A stretch of 48,042 nt of DNA from Coriobacteriales bacterium (GCA_031263025.1 JAISGO010000036.1:1-48042); one strand, 5' to 3'; counted from the stretch's first letter, positions 16,981 through 26,442 are shown. Notes: generated by a model not told the origin, from the sequence alone. Program-made: numbers and translations.

Positions 16981-17788
16981 GGCCATTGTTAAAAATGTCA
17001 AGGCATTCGAGCCAGCCCAGACCGCTCCGCTGGCCGCCGGGCGGACAGGTCGGGCTTTGCTGCGCTTGTCCGGGATTGCCCTGCGCCGTGTACTCTGGAT
17101 TGACCTTTGGTTTTTCGCTACCTGTGTGGTTATGGCTCTCGGCATCTTCGCCGTCTTCACTTGGAACGGCAACTCGCTTCTGCGTGATTACGCCTTGCCT
17201 GACCATGTTTTCGCTATGGGTTTGCTCTTCCTCTCCCTTGGCTGGGTGGTGCAGTATTGTCTGACGGCCGAGCTTTCACGGCGGCTCTTCTTAGAGTGCC
17301 TGCCGCTTGGTTACAGTAGGCGTCAGCTGGCTGTAGCGACAATCTTGGCGACCTTGATAGGCTGCCTCTTGGTGGCCTTAGTCGCGCTTTTTTATATGTG
17401 GGCGAGCCAAGCTGCCGCAAATGCCCTGCTCGCCCAGGTCAAACACCATGATGGCGTTATTACTTGGCATCCCTCTCTGCTTTTCACCAGTCTTTACGTG
17501 CTGCTCTTCACGGTTATCGCAGTCTTGATCTCAGCTGTTGGTCTACTTAGCTCGCTGCCTTTGATTAAACGTAGCAGGCTCAGTTTTGCTTTTGCGGTAA
17601 TGGCGGCGTTCCTGACGGTCTACTTCTTGGTCAAAGTCGCCGGTATCCCCGATCAGTTCGCTAGCGCGCAAGCCCTGGTGCCCAGCCTGATGTGGCCGGG
17701 CCCTTGGACAGCGCTCCTTTTGGGGGTTGCCGTACTGGCAGGACTTGTCTATCTGTTTGCTGCTTGTCGGATTGACTATAAGTTTTAG
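16973..17788 (+). CDS. Putative ABC-2 type permease / membrane protein
   Basis: About 6 hydrophobic segments; LPLGYSRRQ motif; overlaps the ATPase stop. Confidence 0.75.
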   Translation: MSEAIVKNVKAFEPAQTAPLAAGRTGRALLRLSGIALRRVLWIDLWFFATCVVMALGIFAVFTWNGNSLLRDYALPDHVFAMGLLFLSLGWVVQYCLTAELSRRLFLECLPLGYSRRQLAVATILATLIGCLLVALVALFYMWASQAAANALLAQVKHHDGVITWHPSLLFTSLYVLLFTVIAVLISAVGLLSSLPLIKRSRLSFAFAVMAAFLTVYFLVKVAGIPDQFASAQALVPSLMWPGPWTALLLGVAVLAGLVYLFAACRIDYKF

Positions 17789-17877
17789 GCTGCGCCACAA
17801 CCCTTTCGCCTAGTTTTCTCGGCCCCTGTCGGGTTTGCGGTATAATCTAGGGACTGTGCGAAAACGAATGGAAAGGC

Positions 17878-19101
17878 GTGCCATTGCCACGCAGTCATAA
17901 AACGGAAGAACGCAACCAGCGGAGTCAGCTCCACATCCGTAGCGGATCCAAGCAACAGGGTTCGCAGTCGCGCCGCAGCTTAGGCGTTCAGAAGTTCAGC
18001 CGTGCCAACGCCAGCCTGAAGGCGATGAAGAAAGAGCAGGGCACCTCGCTTGCCAAGAAGAGCATCATCGGCATCTTGGTCGCAGTGGTGCTGCTACTCG
18101 GCTTAGGCGGGGTCGCGGTAGCTTTATACCTCCACCACATCAGTACCGACTTGGGTTTTGACCCCTCCACTGAAGCCTCCTTACAAGGGGTCTTGACCAG
18201 CACTGACATGAACTCTCCTTTCTATACCCTGATCATCGGCTCAGATGCGCGTAAGAACGACCCGGCTCTCGGTCATCGTTCCGACACGATTATCCTGGCC
18301 CGCCTCGACCCCATCAACAAGAAAGTCACCGAGCTTTCCATTCCGCGCGACTTGGTCGTGACCATTCCCGGACACGGCCAGCAGAAGATCAACGCGGCTT
18401 TTGCCTTTGGCGCTGAAGCCGGTATCACCACCCAAGTCGAGCAGCTCTGCGGCGTGCAAGTCAGTCACTACGTTGAGATTGACTTCACCGGCCTGCAGAA
18501 CCTGATCGACAAGATCGGTGGCATCACCATCAACGTCTCTAAGTACCAAGTGCCTCATAAGAGTATCGAGCACCACTCTCAGGCAGGGGAGACCAGCGAT
18601 CCCCGGGGGGTCTGGATCAAGTCTGGCACCCAGACTATGGACGGTTTTACTGCGATGGCCTTTGCCCGTTGTCGCAATTATCCAGACGGTGACTATCAAC
18701 GGATGAAAAACCAACAAGAGGTGATTTCCGCAATCGCCCGTAAGGTGCTCGACCAGAACGTGATGCAGCTGCCTTCGACGGTGGGGGACTTGGCGACCTG
18801 TGTGAAGACTGATATGACTGCGACCGACTTGGTCGCCCTGGCTCTGAAATTCCAGGGTCTAAGCGTCGACAATGACATCTATACCGCGACCGTGCCTTCG
18901 GACGTGGGATCCCAGGCTGGCCTGGGTTCGATTATCGTCGTCAATCAGACAGCATTCAATACCATGATGCAGCGTATCAAGGCCGGTCTGACTCCGACCG
19001 CCGACGCCGCTACTGATACCACGGCGAGCACCGACGGTGATGTGAGTAATACTAAGAGCTCCAGTACTAGTGGCGGTGGTACTGCGACCAGCAGTCAATA
19101 G
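17878..19101 (+). CDS. LytR-CpsA-Psr (LCP) family glycopolymer transferase
   Basis: Single TM then LIIGSDAR, RSDTIILAR, SIPRD, KINAAF, FARCR, DYQRMKNQQ. Confidence 0.94.
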   Translation: MPLPRSHKTEERNQRSQLHIRSGSKQQGSQSRRSLGVQKFSRANASLKAMKKEQGTSLAKKSIIGILVAVVLLLGLGGVAVALYLHHISTDLGFDPSTEASLQGVLTSTDMNSPFYTLIIGSDARKNDPALGHRSDTIILARLDPINKKVTELSIPRDLVVTIPGHGQQKINAAFAFGAEAGITTQVEQLCGVQVSHYVEIDFTGLQNLIDKIGGITINVSKYQVPHKSIEHHSQAGETSDPRGVWIKSGTQTMDGFTAMAFARCRNYPDGDYQRMKNQQEVISAIARKVLDQNVMQLPSTVGDLATCVKTDMTATDLVALALKFQGLSVDNDIYTATVPSDVGSQAGLGSIIVVNQTAFNTMMQRIKAGLTPTADAATDTTASTDGDVSNTKSSSTSGGGTATSSQ

Positions 19102-19134
19102 GATCTAGGCTGTCTTGACAGCGGGCTCGCGATA

Positions 19135-20253
19135 ATGTTCGGTGCTTACCATGCTTTGGCCTTGTTGGCGGTCACTTTCGTGGTCACTTTCGCCCTCGTA
19201 CCTGCGGTCAAGCATCTAGCCTGGCGCCTTGATGCGGTCGACTATCCGAGTAAGCGCCGGGTCAATAGCGCCGCCGTACCCCGTTTGGGCGGCTTAGCCA
19301 TGTTCGGCGGGATGGCTGCTGCTTTTCTTTTCGAATGCTTGGGTGAGGCTTTACTCGGTTGGAATGGCCTCTTTCTCTCACAAGGGCACCTGCCGATCAA
19401 CTACCTGGTCGTGATGTTTGGGGTGTTAGTGATGTTGGCGGTCGCTACTGTTGACGATATTTGGCAGATCCATTGGTGGCAAAAGCTCCTTGGCCAGGTA
19501 GTGGCGGCTTTGCTCATCTGCATCGGCGGAGTGCAGTTTGCCCAGATCCAGAACCCTTTCGTGAGCGGGCCGGACTTTATTGAATTCGGGCTTTGGACTT
19601 ATCTTCTGACCGTGGTCTACATCGTCGGCTTCGTTAATATGATGAATCTGATTGATGGCTTGGACGGCCTGGCTGCGGGGGTCACGGCCATCGTCGGGAT
19701 CGCCCTTTTCGTGATCGCCTATGGTAAGGCCCGGGCCGAGGCGGCGATGATGGCGGTGGTCTTGGTCGGGGCCTGCCTTGCTTTTTTGCGCTACAACTTC
19801 GCGCCGGCCAAGATCTACATGGGTGACGTTGGCTCACATCTTTTGGGGACGATGCTGGCGATTATCTCCTTAGTCGGGGTGATGCGCTCTCCAACCTTCA
19901 TCGTTTTGATCGTGCCTCTGATCATCGCCGGTATCCCCTTCGTCGACACCCTGCTCTCCATTATCCGGCGTATCCGCCACCACCAACCAGTCACTCGACC
20001 GGACATGCGCCACTTTCATCATCTCCTGATCAAACGCAACTGGACCACTCCTCAGGCGGTGTTGATTGTCTGGGGGCTTACTGCTCTGTTGGCGCTGGCT
20101 GGTATCTTGATGGCCAGCACCACAGGTTTCATCGCCCTCTTCATCTTTATTGCCCTGCTGGTCGTTTTCGGCATCATCCTCTGGCGTCTCGGCCTCTTCG
20201 GTGATGTTTGGACCCATTACTATAATCCGCGCGGGCGCAATAAGAAAAAATAA
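19135..20253 (+). CDS. WecA/TagO-like undecaprenyl-phosphate GlcNAc-1-phosphate transferase (GT4/MraY family)
   Basis: VPRLGGLA, VDD, NMMNLIDGLDGLA, NFAPAKIYMGDVGS, PDMRHFHH. Confidence 0.92.
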   Translation: MFGAYHALALLAVTFVVTFALVPAVKHLAWRLDAVDYPSKRRVNSAAVPRLGGLAMFGGMAAAFLFECLGEALLGWNGLFLSQGHLPINYLVVMFGVLVMLAVATVDDIWQIHWWQKLLGQVVAALLICIGGVQFAQIQNPFVSGPDFIEFGLWTYLLTVVYIVGFVNMMNLIDGLDGLAAGVTAIVGIALFVIAYGKARAEAAMMAVVLVGACLAFLRYNFAPAKIYMGDVGSHLLGTMLAIISLVGVMRSPTFIVLIVPLIIAGIPFVDTLLSIIRRIRHHQPVTRPDMRHFHHLLIKRNWTTPQAVLIVWGLTALLALAGILMASTTGFIALFIFIALLVVFGIILWRLGLFGDVWTHYYNPRGRNKKK

Positions 20254-20258
20254 GGTGC

Positions 20259-20400
20259 TGCTGTAAAGCCAAAATGTGCCAAATAGCTAACCCCCCAAAA
20301 ACAGATATTTGAGTGCAGTCTGGTCTTTGCAGCATAGCGAGGATACCTAGTCGGTACCGAGCAGTGCTGTAAAGCCAGAATGTGCCAAATAGCTGTTTTT
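20259..20400 (+). repeat. Long-hairpin element subtype B: 3'-half copy (20259-20288) plus full copy (20297-20400)
   Basis: aaaaacaGATATttgagtgca...GAGGATACCTAGTCGGTACCGAG...tgtgccaaATAGctgttttt; the half copy matches 20365-20394 at 29/30. Confidence 0.88.
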
Positions 20401-21685
20401 ACACGGCGATGTGGAAGCGGAAGACGATATAGACCCCCGCGATCGCCACCGAGACCAACATCAAAGGGAAACCGACCCGCATGTATTTGAGGAAACTAAT
20501 GGGGTAGCCTTTCTTGTTGGATATACCCGAGAGCACCACGTTGGCCGAGGCGCCGATCAAGGTGCCGTTGCCACCTAGGCAGGCCCCGATAGAAAGCCCC
20601 CACCACAGCGGATGAACGTCGATGCCCATCGCGCCCATACTGGTCAAGACCGGGATCATGGCGGCGACGAAGGGGATGTTGTCGAGGAAGGCGCTCACTA
20701 CTGCGCTGACCACCAGGACCGCCACCAAGGCGAGGATTTCCTGGCCTTGGGCAAGATGCACTAGCTCCTGGGCCAACATGTTGAGCACTCCTGTATGCGA
20801 CATCGCTCCGACGATGATGAAGAGGCCGGCGAAAAAACCGATTGTCGTCCACTCCACTTCATGGATGATCTTCTCGATGTCCTGGCGCCCGATCACCAGC
20901 ATTACCCCGCCGGCGCTGAGAGCTACGACCCCGGACTCGATACCGAGGCTGCCGTGGAGGAGGAAAGCTGCGATTATGAGTATGATCATCACGATGCTCT
21001 TGAAGAAGAGCGGCTTACTCTTGATTGATTCGCCGGGATCGAGCTGGGTGAGCAGGCGGGCGTCGTCAGGTGACACTTTGAGCTTGCGCCCGTAGAGGAA
21101 GTAGAAGCAGATGATGGTGACTGCCAAGATGACGATCACGATGGGGGCGTTGTAGTTGAGGAAGTCGAGGAAATCATAGTGTGACTGGCTGCCGATCATG
21201 ATGTTGGGAGGGTCGCCGATCATGGTGGCCGTACCGCCGATGTTGGAGGCCATGATCTGCGAGATGAAGAATGGTATCGGTGAGGTCTTCATCTCACGAC
21301 AGAGCATAAAGGTCATCGGCCCGACCAAGAGTACGGTAGTGACGTTGTCAAGGAAAGCCGAGAGTACAGCGGTCACGATAATCAAGAACATCATGATCCG
21401 CCAAGGGTGACCATGGGCCAATTTGGCCGCCCAAATCGCAGCGTATTCGAAGAGGCCCGACTCCTTGGCCACTGCCACGAAGATCATCATTCCAATCAAG
21501 ACAGCCAAGGTATTGAGATCCATCGGGGAGGGATTGGCCACGGCTTCGTCAAAGGGTAAAAGCCCGCTCAGCATCACCACACAGGCGCCGATCATGGCCA
21601 CTGTGGTGCGGTGCATCTTCTCTGAGATGATTACCCCCATCACGGCAACGAAAATGAGGATGGAGGCTATTTGAGGGGCAGTCAT
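20399..21685 (-). CDS. ArsB/NhaD-family (IT superfamily) ion permease
   Basis: SAFLDNVTTV, SNIGGTATMIGDPPN, SAFLDNIP, GACLGGNGTLIGASANVV; about 11-12 TM. Confidence 0.9.
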   Translation of the reverse strand: MTAPQIASILIFVAVMGVIISEKMHRTTVAMIGACVVMLSGLLPFDEAVANPSPMDLNTLAVLIGMMIFVAVAKESGLFEYAAIWAAKLAHGHPWRIMMFLIIVTAVLSAFLDNVTTVLLVGPMTFMLCREMKTSPIPFFISQIMASNIGGTATMIGDPPNIMIGSQSHYDFLDFLNYNAPIVIVILAVTIICFYFLYGRKLKVSPDDARLLTQLDPGESIKSKPLFFKSIVMIILIIAAFLLHGSLGIESGVVALSAGGVMLVIGRQDIEKIIHEVEWTTIGFFAGLFIIVGAMSHTGVLNMLAQELVHLAQGQEILALVAVLVVSAVVSAFLDNIPFVAAMIPVLTSMGAMGIDVHPLWWGLSIGACLGGNGTLIGASANVVLSGISNKKGYPISFLKYMRVGFPLMLVSVAIAGVYIVFRFHIAV

Positions 21686-21754
21686 AGCCCTTTTATCTTA
21701 CCCCTTTGGCGCAGCTTAGGCTGAACAGCAATGGTTGTGGAAAGCCCTGAAAAC

Positions 21755-21784
21755 GCAGGGGACACTCTATAGAGTGTCCCCTGC
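21755..21784. repeat. Perfect 30-bp palindrome
   Basis: GCAGGGGACACTCTA/TAGAGTGTCCCCTGC. Confidence 0.8.
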
Positions 21785-21794
21785 ATGGGTTGCT

Positions 21795-21948
21795 GAGGCG
21801 TACAGCAAAGGCCGAATGCGCCAAATAGCCTCTCAAAAGCCTGTAAAAGCAGATATTTGAGCGCAGTTGGAGCTTTGCTGTACGCCGAAGTTACCTGGTC
21901 GGTATCGAGGGGTACGGCAAAGGCCGAATGCGCCAAATAGCTGTTTTT
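21795..21948 (+). repeat. Long-hairpin element subtype B: 3'-half copy (21795-21829) plus full copy (21845-21948)
   Basis: aaaagcaGATATttgagcgca...GAAGTTACCTGGTCGGTATCGAG...tgcgccaaATAGctgttttt; the half copy matches 21907-21941 at 33/35. Confidence 0.9.
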
Positions 21949-23947
21949 ACTTGCTGCCTGCCTCGCGCTTGGCCTGATAGTCTGCGGCCATCTTCTGCTG
22001 CACCTCGGCCGGCACTTCTTCGTAGCCGGTCAAAGAGAGGCTATAAGAACCCAAACCGCGGGTCAGTTGGCGCAGGTCGCGGGCGTAGGTGATGACTTCT
22101 TTGTAAGGGACGCTGGCGGTGACTACAGAGTTGCCCTGGGAGTCGCTGGACATGTTCGAGATCTTGCCGCGCTTGGTGGTGAGGTCGCCCATCACCGCGC
22201 CGCTGGCGGACTCCGGGCAGGTCACCTCGAGGGTGGCGACTGGCTCCAACACGTAGGGGGCGGCGTCTTTACAGGCATTGCGGAAGGCCAGACGGCCAGC
22301 TGACTTGAAGGCCATCTCGTTGGAGTCGACTGGGTGGTAGGAACCGTCGTAGACAGCGGCCTTGACGTCGATCATCTGGTTGCCGGTGAGGAAGCCCTCG
22401 GCCATCGCCTCCTGGATGCCTTTGTCCACTGCCGGGATCAGACCGCGTGGGATATGGCCGCCGGTCACCTCGTTGACGAACTCATAGCCCAGGCCCGGGT
22501 TGGGCTCGAGGCGGACGTAGCAGTCACCGTACTGGCCGGCGCCGCCGGTCTGCTTCTTATGTTTGCCCTCGGCCTGGGCGGTCTTGCGGATGCTCTCGCG
22601 GTAGGCGATCTTGAACTCGAGGATGTTGATATCGACCTTGAGGCCGCTTCTGACCTGGTCGAGGATGGCCTTAGTGGCGCCTTCGCCCAGGGTGTAGAGG
22701 ACGGTCTGGTGGGTCTGGGGGTCGCGCACCAGCTTGACGCAGGGATCGAGCTCGGCCTGCTTCTCGAGGAACTCAAAGAGCTTATCGTCATTTTTCTTGT
22801 CGGCGGCTTCAAGCGCGGTGGGGTAGAGCGGCTCCGGCGTCTTGGGCGGCACCACCGCGACCTTGCCGGACGCCGAGAGGCTGTCGCCAGTGTGCACGTC
22901 AGCCAGCTTGGGGAAGATCACGATGTCGCCGGCGGCGGCCTCCGGTATGTCCGTGGTCTTGGCCCCATCCAAGGTCTGTACCCGGCTGATATGCTCCTTC
23001 TTGCCGCTGGCGGCGTTGCCGAGCTCCGCGCCGGCTTTGACCGTGCCTCCCAGCATCTTGGCGAAGCTGATATGGCCGAGGAAGGGGTCGGAGGCGGTCT
23101 TGAAGATATAGGCAGAGGTCTCGGCGTTGGCGTCGACGCTCATGCTCTCGCCGCCAGCCAAAAAGAAGGGCCCATGTGCGTCGGGTGTGGGAAAGTAGGT
23201 GATGACCTGCTCGAGAAAGCCGATCAGGCCCTGCTCAATCACGGTCGAACCGACGAAAGAGGGGATGAAGATCCCCTGGGTGATGGCCTTGCCAAGCAGG
23301 CTCTCCAGTTCGGTTTGGCTGAGCTGTTCGTTGCCGTCGAGGTATTTCATCATTAGCTCGTCGTCGGCCTCGGCCACCAGATCCAACAGTTTGTCGCGGG
23401 CGGCCTGGGCCCGTTCAAGGTATTCGGCCGGGATCTCCTCGGTGGTCTCCTTGCCGCCTGTGTGGTAGCGGGCCACCATGTTGATGATGTCGATGATGCC
23501 CTTGAAGTCCGTGCCCTGGCCAATCGGCATAGTCACCTGGCCGACCCGGCTACCGAATTTCTCAGCCAAGACGTCGATGGCGTGCTGGTAGTCAGCGCCC
23601 TCTTTGTCGATGTGGTTAATGAAGAAAGAGCGGGCGAGCTGCTCCTTGTCTGCCATGTTGTAGAGCTTGAGGGTGTTGACCTTGGGGCCATCCACGGCGT
23701 CGACTACGAAAGTAGCCATCTCGCAAGCTTCGGTGGCGAAGATGGTGTCGCCGATGAAATCATCGGCCCCGGAGGTATCGACCAGGTTGATCTTATGGTC
23801 TTTATATTCGATCGGCGCGAAGTCGAAACCAAACTTGTCCGACTTACCGCACACCCGCAAAAGCCCCTCGACCAGCGAAGTCTTGCCGGCCCCGTCGCTT
23901 CCCACGAGGGCGATGTTGCGGATCTTGTCTGTCGTATATGCGGGCAT
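21947..23947 (-). CDS. Elongation factor G paralog (EF-G2/FusA2-like) with atypical G domain
   Basis: IRNIALVGSDGAGKTS, IAYRESI, KHKKQTGGAGQYGD, YDGSYHPVDSNEMAFK, VMGDLTTKRGKI. Confidence 0.92.
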   Translation of the reverse strand: MPAYTTDKIRNIALVGSDGAGKTSLVEGLLRVCGKSDKFGFDFAPIEYKDHKINLVDTSGADDFIGDTIFATEACEMATFVVDAVDGPKVNTLKLYNMADKEQLARSFFINHIDKEGADYQHAIDVLAEKFGSRVGQVTMPIGQGTDFKGIIDIINMVARYHTGGKETTEEIPAEYLERAQAARDKLLDLVAEADDELMMKYLDGNEQLSQTELESLLGKAITQGIFIPSFVGSTVIEQGLIGFLEQVITYFPTPDAHGPFFLAGGESMSVDANAETSAYIFKTASDPFLGHISFAKMLGGTVKAGAELGNAASGKKEHISRVQTLDGAKTTDIPEAAAGDIVIFPKLADVHTGDSLSASGKVAVVPPKTPEPLYPTALEAADKKNDDKLFEFLEKQAELDPCVKLVRDPQTHQTVLYTLGEGATKAILDQVRSGLKVDINILEFKIAYRESIRKTAQAEGKHKKQTGGAGQYGDCYVRLEPNPGLGYEFVNEVTGGHIPRGLIPAVDKGIQEAMAEGFLTGNQMIDVKAAVYDGSYHPVDSNEMAFKSAGRLAFRNACKDAAPYVLEPVATLEVTCPESASGAVMGDLTTKRGKISNMSSDSQGNSVVTASVPYKEVITYARDLRQLTRGLGSYSLSLTGYEEVPAEVQQKMAADYQAKREAGSK

Positions 23948-24040
23948 TGCAGTCCTCCTTCTTTGGGTTGTAGTTATGATAGCCTATCCAAAATGGGTAC
24001 AGAGACGATGGCGATGGGGGAGTTGGGGGGGCGATGAAAA

Positions 24041-24155
24041 GCCTTGCCTGGGTCGAGGTCGCCTGCTCAAACAAGCTTCGCCGCAGTTGCGTTAACGCTA
24101 TCGCCCGCGAGTGCGCGGCTGCAGAACTCGCATTCGACCTCGACCCAGGCACGGC
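24041..24155. repeat. Large stem-loop between the VIT1 gene and the EF-G paralog
   Basis: TGCCTGGGTCGAGGTCG (24045-24061) / CGACCTCGACCCAGGCA (24135-24151), a perfect 17-bp inverted repeat. Confidence 0.7.
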
Positions 24156-24191
24156 CTCAGGCGGAAAATAGTCCCACGAAGTGCTTAAAGC

Positions 24192-25082
24192 TTAGGCGTT
24201 GACTCCGAGCAGCATCTTGGCCAGGATACCGATGAAGAAGGAAATCACTGCCACGCCAAGCGAGATCGCCGCCATGCGGCCGAAGTGGAACCAGAACTTG
24301 CCGCCCCGGGCTACGGAAAGATAGAGGTTGAAGATGGCGATGATCACTACCGCAATCGCGAGCATGGTGATGAGGGCGCCGATGTAGAGGTCATTCGGGA
24401 AAAGTAGATAGGGCAGCACCAACAAGACCACCGTGACCAAATAGGCAACCCCGGTGTAGAGGCTTGATTTGATGCTGTTTGCTGCCTGGGCAGTCTCAGA
24501 GGCCAGGTAGTTGGAGGCGGCCATCGAGAGGGTAGCGGCGATACCGGTGATGATGCCAGCCATCGCGATCAGACGGGTATTCTGCATCGAGAGGGTGAAG
24601 CCGGCGATTGATCCGGTGAGCTCGACCAAGGCGTCGTTCAGGCCGAGCATCACGTCCCCGGCGTATCGCAGGCGCTCCTCGTCGAGAGTGGCGATCAGGG
24701 ACTGTTCGTGTCCGGCCTCGTCTATGATCAATTGCTCGATGCCTGGCACGATACCGCGGAACTGACCGTATTTATGCACCGCCTCATGCTCGCCACGCTC
24801 AAGCAGGCGCAGGACGAAAGTATAGCCGAAGACCCGGGCGGCTAAGGCGACGAAGAAGAGCTTAAAAGGTCTGGGTTTGACGACCTGACCGGTGTAGCGC
24901 CGCCAGAAAGAGGCATGATGGTCTTCGTCCTCGGACATCGCCAAGAGGACGTCGCGGTTGTCGCTATGCTTTTCCAGCTGGGCGAGCTTGTGATAGAGCC
25001 GGTGGTCAGTCACTTCGTCGCGCTGGAAAGCCAAGAACTTATCGCGGTACTGCTCGAACTGGGTTGTCTTCTGTCCCTCCAT
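24192..25082 (-). CDS. Rubrerythrin-like domain + VIT1/CCC1 transporter (erythrin-VIT1 type)
   Basis: E..D..LY, MSEDEDHHASFW, LLERGE, IDEAGHE di-iron motifs; GDVMLGLNDALVELTG, ATLSMAASNYL; start probably ATG 25082 (6 nt after TACAAT), alternative 25088. Confidence 0.9.
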   Translation of the reverse strand: MEGQKTTQFEQYRDKFLAFQRDEVTDHRLYHKLAQLEKHSDNRDVLLAMSEDEDHHASFWRRYTGQVVKPRPFKLFFVALAARVFGYTFVLRLLERGEHEAVHKYGQFRGIVPGIEQLIIDEAGHEQSLIATLDEERLRYAGDVMLGLNDALVELTGSIAGFTLSMQNTRLIAMAGIITGIAATLSMAASNYLASETAQAANSIKSSLYTGVAYLVTVVLLVLPYLLFPNDLYIGALITMLAIAVVIIAIFNLYLSVARGGKFWFHFGRMAAISLGVAVISFFIGILAKMLLGVNA

Positions 25083-25161
25083 ATCCATATTGTAGGCTAA
25101 CCGAGCGCATTGCCACGATTGAGGAACCCCTTCTGCCTGCGCGAGCCTACCACCGGGATCG

Positions 25162-26331
25162 TCATTTCGTGACCAGATAGGTGTGGCTGATCCTTTCGTT
25201 CAACATCACCAAGGCGCTCTGCCGGCGCCAGGCCAGTAGGGCGCGGACAGCCAGCGAAACGAGCCAGACGGCCATCAAAAGCAGCCACAAGGCATCGACT
25301 AGTCCCTGGGCACCCTGCAAGAAGCTGAAGACCCTCAGGTTACTCGCGGCCAGGTGGTTGAAGTCGAGCTGGTTTAACCACCGCACTGCCCAATAGGGCA
25401 CGAACAGGAAAAGGTAGAGGCTGCCGTAGCGCTCGAGGTACTGTCGCGCCCGTGGGCGAATGAGTGCTTCGCTCGGTGTCCCCGTCGATACAGGGGCTAT
25501 AGCAGGGGAATCCGCAGAGCGTGACTGGGGAGGGCGCTGCGCATCGGAGACGATGCGCAGTTTGAGGATCAGATGTCCGAGGGTGCGGCCGTGGCTGAGC
25601 CAGGGGACAAGCCAGAAGAAGACCAGCAAGGCCAAAGGGCTGCTCAGCCAGAACCCTAAAATACCACCGATGGTCAGGTCAATCAAGAAAGCGAAAGCAC
25701 GTCGCATCAGGGAGACCCGGGTGCCATGGAGCCTCGCTTTGGCATTGACTTGGCGCATGTCGGGCAGCAGATGGCGCAGGGGTAGGGCGATTAGCCCGCC
25801 CAGCCAGGCGCCGCAGGTGTTCTGAATCAAGTCGTCCACATCGAAGAGACGGTAGGGGTGGGCATATAGCCCGTATAAGCCCGATAGTTGGGTGAGTTCG
25901 AAGAAAAGGGAGAGGGCCAGACCGGCTAAGGTGATCTGCCACCAATTGGCCCTGAAGTAATAGCGCAAGAACATGCCGAAAGGTAGGGTGAGCAAGATAT
26001 TGAAGAAGACCCCGTAAATGATTGGCGAGCTGATTAGGTTGTGCAGGGTAAGGTGGTTATTAGCCAAGAAGACCTGGACGAAGTGGAAGGGAACAAGCTG
26101 TGGCGTGGTAGCATAAGGAACGACCGCTTGACGATCCTCGGGCAGGGGTAGGATCACCAGATAATAGCAACAGAGCAGGTAGAAGATAAAAGCGAAGACC
26201 AGCAGGCTGCGCCAGAGCGGGATCGAGCCGTATTTGCGGTATTGGTAGATGACGTAAGGCAGCGTGCAGAAAGCGGCGATCAGGGGAAAGGTCAAGACCG
26301 CGACCCAGATATTGTTCAAGTAAACCCGCAT
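25162..26331 (-). CDS. VanZ-family membrane protein with C-terminal RDD domain
   Basis: FNILLTLPFGMFLRYY, SLFFELTQLSGL, RLFDVDDLIQNTCG; RRAFAFLID...GRTLGHLILKLRIV. Confidence 0.88.
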   Translation of the reverse strand: MRVYLNNIWVAVLTFPLIAAFCTLPYVIYQYRKYGSIPLWRSLLVFAFIFYLLCCYYLVILPLPEDRQAVVPYATTPQLVPFHFVQVFLANNHLTLHNLISSPIIYGVFFNILLTLPFGMFLRYYFRANWWQITLAGLALSLFFELTQLSGLYGLYAHPYRLFDVDDLIQNTCGAWLGGLIALPLRHLLPDMRQVNAKARLHGTRVSLMRRAFAFLIDLTIGGILGFWLSSPLALLVFFWLVPWLSHGRTLGHLILKLRIVSDAQRPPQSRSADSPAIAPVSTGTPSEALIRPRARQYLERYGSLYLFLFVPYWAVRWLNQLDFNHLAASNLRVFSFLQGAQGLVDALWLLLMAVWLVSLAVRALLAWRRQSALVMLNERISHTYLVTK

Positions 26332-26442
26332 CTACTCCGCTCTCCTACCTGATTCCTCCTGCACTCATTGTAACAGGTATCTATTAAGGCTCAGTACTCC
26401 ATTTAGGGTGTCCCCGTTTAAAACTACTGAAATGATACGCAT

